Source: Octopus bimaculoides | Taxonomy: Eukaryota | Assembly (NCBI RefSeq): GCF_001194135.2 | Contig: NC_068982.1 | Coordinates: 89,507,421-89,545,935 of the forward strand | Reading direction: 5' to 3' | DNA length: 38,515 nucleotides | Shown here: positions 36,187 through 38,515 of the stretch, one piece after another | Layout of the letters: the number at the start of each line of letters is the position of its first letter | Numbering within the stretch: the stretch's first letter is position 1 | Translations under genes and position numbers: made by a program | The notes under the pieces: generated by a model | Seen by the model: the letters and a program-made list of their open reading frames with translations, nothing else | What the model was told of the DNA's origin: nothing | The model's database searches: none

Positions 36187-36311
36187 CTTCAGTTTGGTAA
36201 TTAAGTGCTACCATTTGGATTCCAAATATCCAAAACTGCATTGGGTTAAAATTGGAAGAATCTATTCTTACTCCAGCCGGATACGTTCTCATCAGTTGTT
36301 TCTCTGTATGA
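36187..36311 (-). CDS. PLCE1: PLC-epsilon exon, catalytic Y box: [41 protein letters not shown]
   Basis: Classic Y-box motifs [19 protein letters not shown]. Donor G|GTAAGA at 36186. Acceptor inferred as U12-type AC at 36313-36312; the AG alternative would start the exon at 36303. Confidence 0.9.
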
Positions 36312-36328
36312 GTGACATCATTAAGGAA
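36312..36328 (-). promoter_or_regulatory. Probable U12-type branch site (TTCCTTAAT) and AC 3' splice site
   Basis: Minus strand reads tttccttaatgatgtcac|T CAT ACA GAG. It matches the U12 branch consensus TTCCTTRAY, with the branch A about 10 nt from AC, and no AG acceptor retains the conserved HT dipeptide. Confidence 0.7.
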
Positions 36329-37585
36329 ATATAACAATTGTTCATTATTATCATCATTGTCAACACCACCATCAGCATCTTATTTATCATTCTCATCAAT
36401 ATTATTGTTATTATTGTCATAATATCAATCATTTCTAATCATGATGATGATCAACAACACAAGGATATTGGTCATACACATCATGAGAATGATGATTATC
36501 ATTGCTGTAATTACAATCTTTATTGTTGTGTCATAATATTATCATAATAATCATTTTCTTTTGTTAACCCCTACCAACTCCTCTTCGTTCTCTCTGTTGA
36601 ATCATATCCACTATCACCACCATCATCATCATCACAGTTATTCCTGTCATTTATTTAGCTAAACCTTCAGCAGTATTAATGATGATTACAAAAGATAAGT
36701 GTAAATTTCCTCATTATTACTACCTCCACTGCCTTTTCATCCATCCTGACATGTTAATGTAGGTTTGGATGAAGTCATAGTGATGTCCAGAGTCTCTGTT
36801 GTTAAGTATGTATCACTGAAATATTTATGCTGTGTCATGTTTATGATAAGTATATTTCACATAATTCACAACTGAACTCTCATTAATTGTCTAAATACCT
36901 ATGTAGCTGCAGTAAAAGTTTGTGGATACCCTCTTGGACCTCTCACCTTTGATCCATCAGAACATCCAGGATGTGTCAGCTAGAGGGATAGAAGGTTGCA
37001 CTAGTATCCAGTTGTTACTCATTGCAGTTGGACACTAGATGGTTGCTGCATCAGAGTGGAGCAATGTGAAATGAAATTTCTTGTACAAAAATACAATACA
37101 CTGTTTGCTCCAGGTATTGAACTCTTGATTCCATGAGCCAAACACCCTAACCACTAAATTCTCTATGTTCACTAAAAATGTATCACTCTCTGCCTTTGAC
37201 CCTTCTTTTCTCATACTGTCTTCTTTAACATCTTACTAAAGCATGGAGGTGAATTCTAATTGAACAAAGCTCTCTTCAGCACTATTTGATATATTTAAGA
37301 TACCCTTAGTAAAGAGTTCCACAGAAAGAATGGGTTGATAGGGTGTCAGGCTATTGAATAAAATTGTCAAAAGTCAGTAATCTATGAAAGACAGCATTCA
37401 CAGGCTCAATCTACATATCTGGGATGCCAGAAATTATTACTGTATGATTATTAAGTAAGGAATAACAAAAGGACCTTGCACTGTTGAGTTTGAGTTCTCT
37501 GAAACTGGGAAGGTAACAAGAACACAATCATTATAGATTGCTTCTTAGTCTCATGTCATACACTGAGAACTTCCATTTGAATACT

Positions 37586-37798
37586 TTAACCCTTTAGCAT
37601 TTAAACCAACCATATTCAGCCCAAATTTTCTAATTTTCTAAACCTGTCCTCTCACACTTATCCCACGAAGTCAATCTAAACATAAGCAATTACTTCATTG
37701 AAATCATAAAACTACAAAGGTAATACATGTGTAATTGAAAGCAATGTTAATAAACAAACATAACTTTTGACAGAGAAATCTGATTGCTAAAGGGTTAA
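37586..37798 (-). mobile_element. piggyBac-type MITE family 1, opposite orientation
   Basis: Termini TTAACCCTTTAGCATT ... ATTGCTAAAGGGTTAA. The interior is the reverse complement of the other copies. Confidence 0.85.
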
Positions 37799-38013
37799 GT
37801 TGCTGTTGTCAGTGATTTCATTGTTAACTTTTTGTGAATTCTTTCACTTGTCTGTACCAATTTAACTAGTACAGACACTGAATATTTGAGATATTCACAC
37901 AGCCTATATAATTCTCTGTCATTTATATCTCTTATTGACATAAAAACTCGTTAGCAGATTTATAAAACTTCCCCAAAATTTCGTCAGTTACTCTACTTAC
38001 ACTTAATCCTCTT

Positions 38014-38228
38014 TTAAACCCTTTTGACAACTTCTCATCTAAATCTGCATCTGGTTCTATGACACAACTTCCTGTTTTAAAGTAATCTAAATCAAAATCT
38101 TCCATCAAAATTTCATGTTGATTTGTTCCAAGCAACAGATTAAATAATGAGTTATTTTCAAAATTCTTCGTATTTTAAAAAATTAATTGAAACAAAGTTT
38201 CAACAGAATATGATAACAAAAGGGTTAA
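38014..38228 (+). mobile_element. piggyBac-type MITE family 2
   Basis: Termini TTAAACCCTTTTG ... GATAACAAAAGGGTTAA. Shares ctggttct...ttgtttt...aaaatcttcca...gttatttt..aaattct with the 14621 copy. Confidence 0.78.
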
Positions 38229-38515
38229 CATCCTGACTCCACAACAAGATTCTCATCTCCAACATGCTGACTCAAATAAATTTGATCTGCACCCCACTCA
38301 AGTCATTCACTAATGTACTGACTCTTTAACACACTGTTAATCTAATATTTAGTAAAGGTTGTAATACTTCATAAAATCAAAATCAAAAGGCAAATGTTGT
38401 ACTAGCTTTAATAAACTGAAATTAAATTTTAGACTAAAATGAAATGTTAAAAGGACTGTAATTTGAGTTTGAAACAATTACATTTATGAAATTAAATTTG
38501 AAATTAAATTGCAAT

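Noticed and set aside
37932-38135. 67-aa minus-strand ORF (EDFDLDYFKTGSCVIEPDADLDEKLSKGFKRGLS) with a GTAAGT at 38000, tempting as an X-Y linker exon
   Set aside because: It lies mostly inside a MITE family 2 copy (38014-38228), has no PLC similarity, and falls after the position where Y-box sequence is expected.

Overview
AT-rich, repeat-dense animal genomic DNA. The SINE/RTE/MITE landscape looks like an octopod cephalopod, probably Octopus (inference from pattern recognition). The whole window is the 3' half of one minus-strand gene, phospholipase C epsilon (PLCE1-like). Ten in-frame exons can be reconstructed, covering the end of the catalytic Y box, C2, RA1 and RA2, plus a candidate 39-nt eleventh exon. 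Almost all ORFs in the supplied track are microsatellite, N-gap or repeat artefacts. The introns hold three Tc1/mariner relics, two piggyBac-type TTAA MITE families, tRNA-derived SINEs, RTE-LINE 3' ends, microsatellites and five assembly gaps. The most unusual signals are: (1) two unrelated fold-back (palindromic) elements, at 8027-8496 and 25986-26246, that each carry a minimal type I hammerhead ribozyme core with a palindromic helix III, one of them folded back at a tRNA-like anticodon loop; (2) a probable minor-spliceosome (U12, AT-AC) intron ending at 36312 inside the Y box; (3) a near full-length DD46D Tc1/mariner element.
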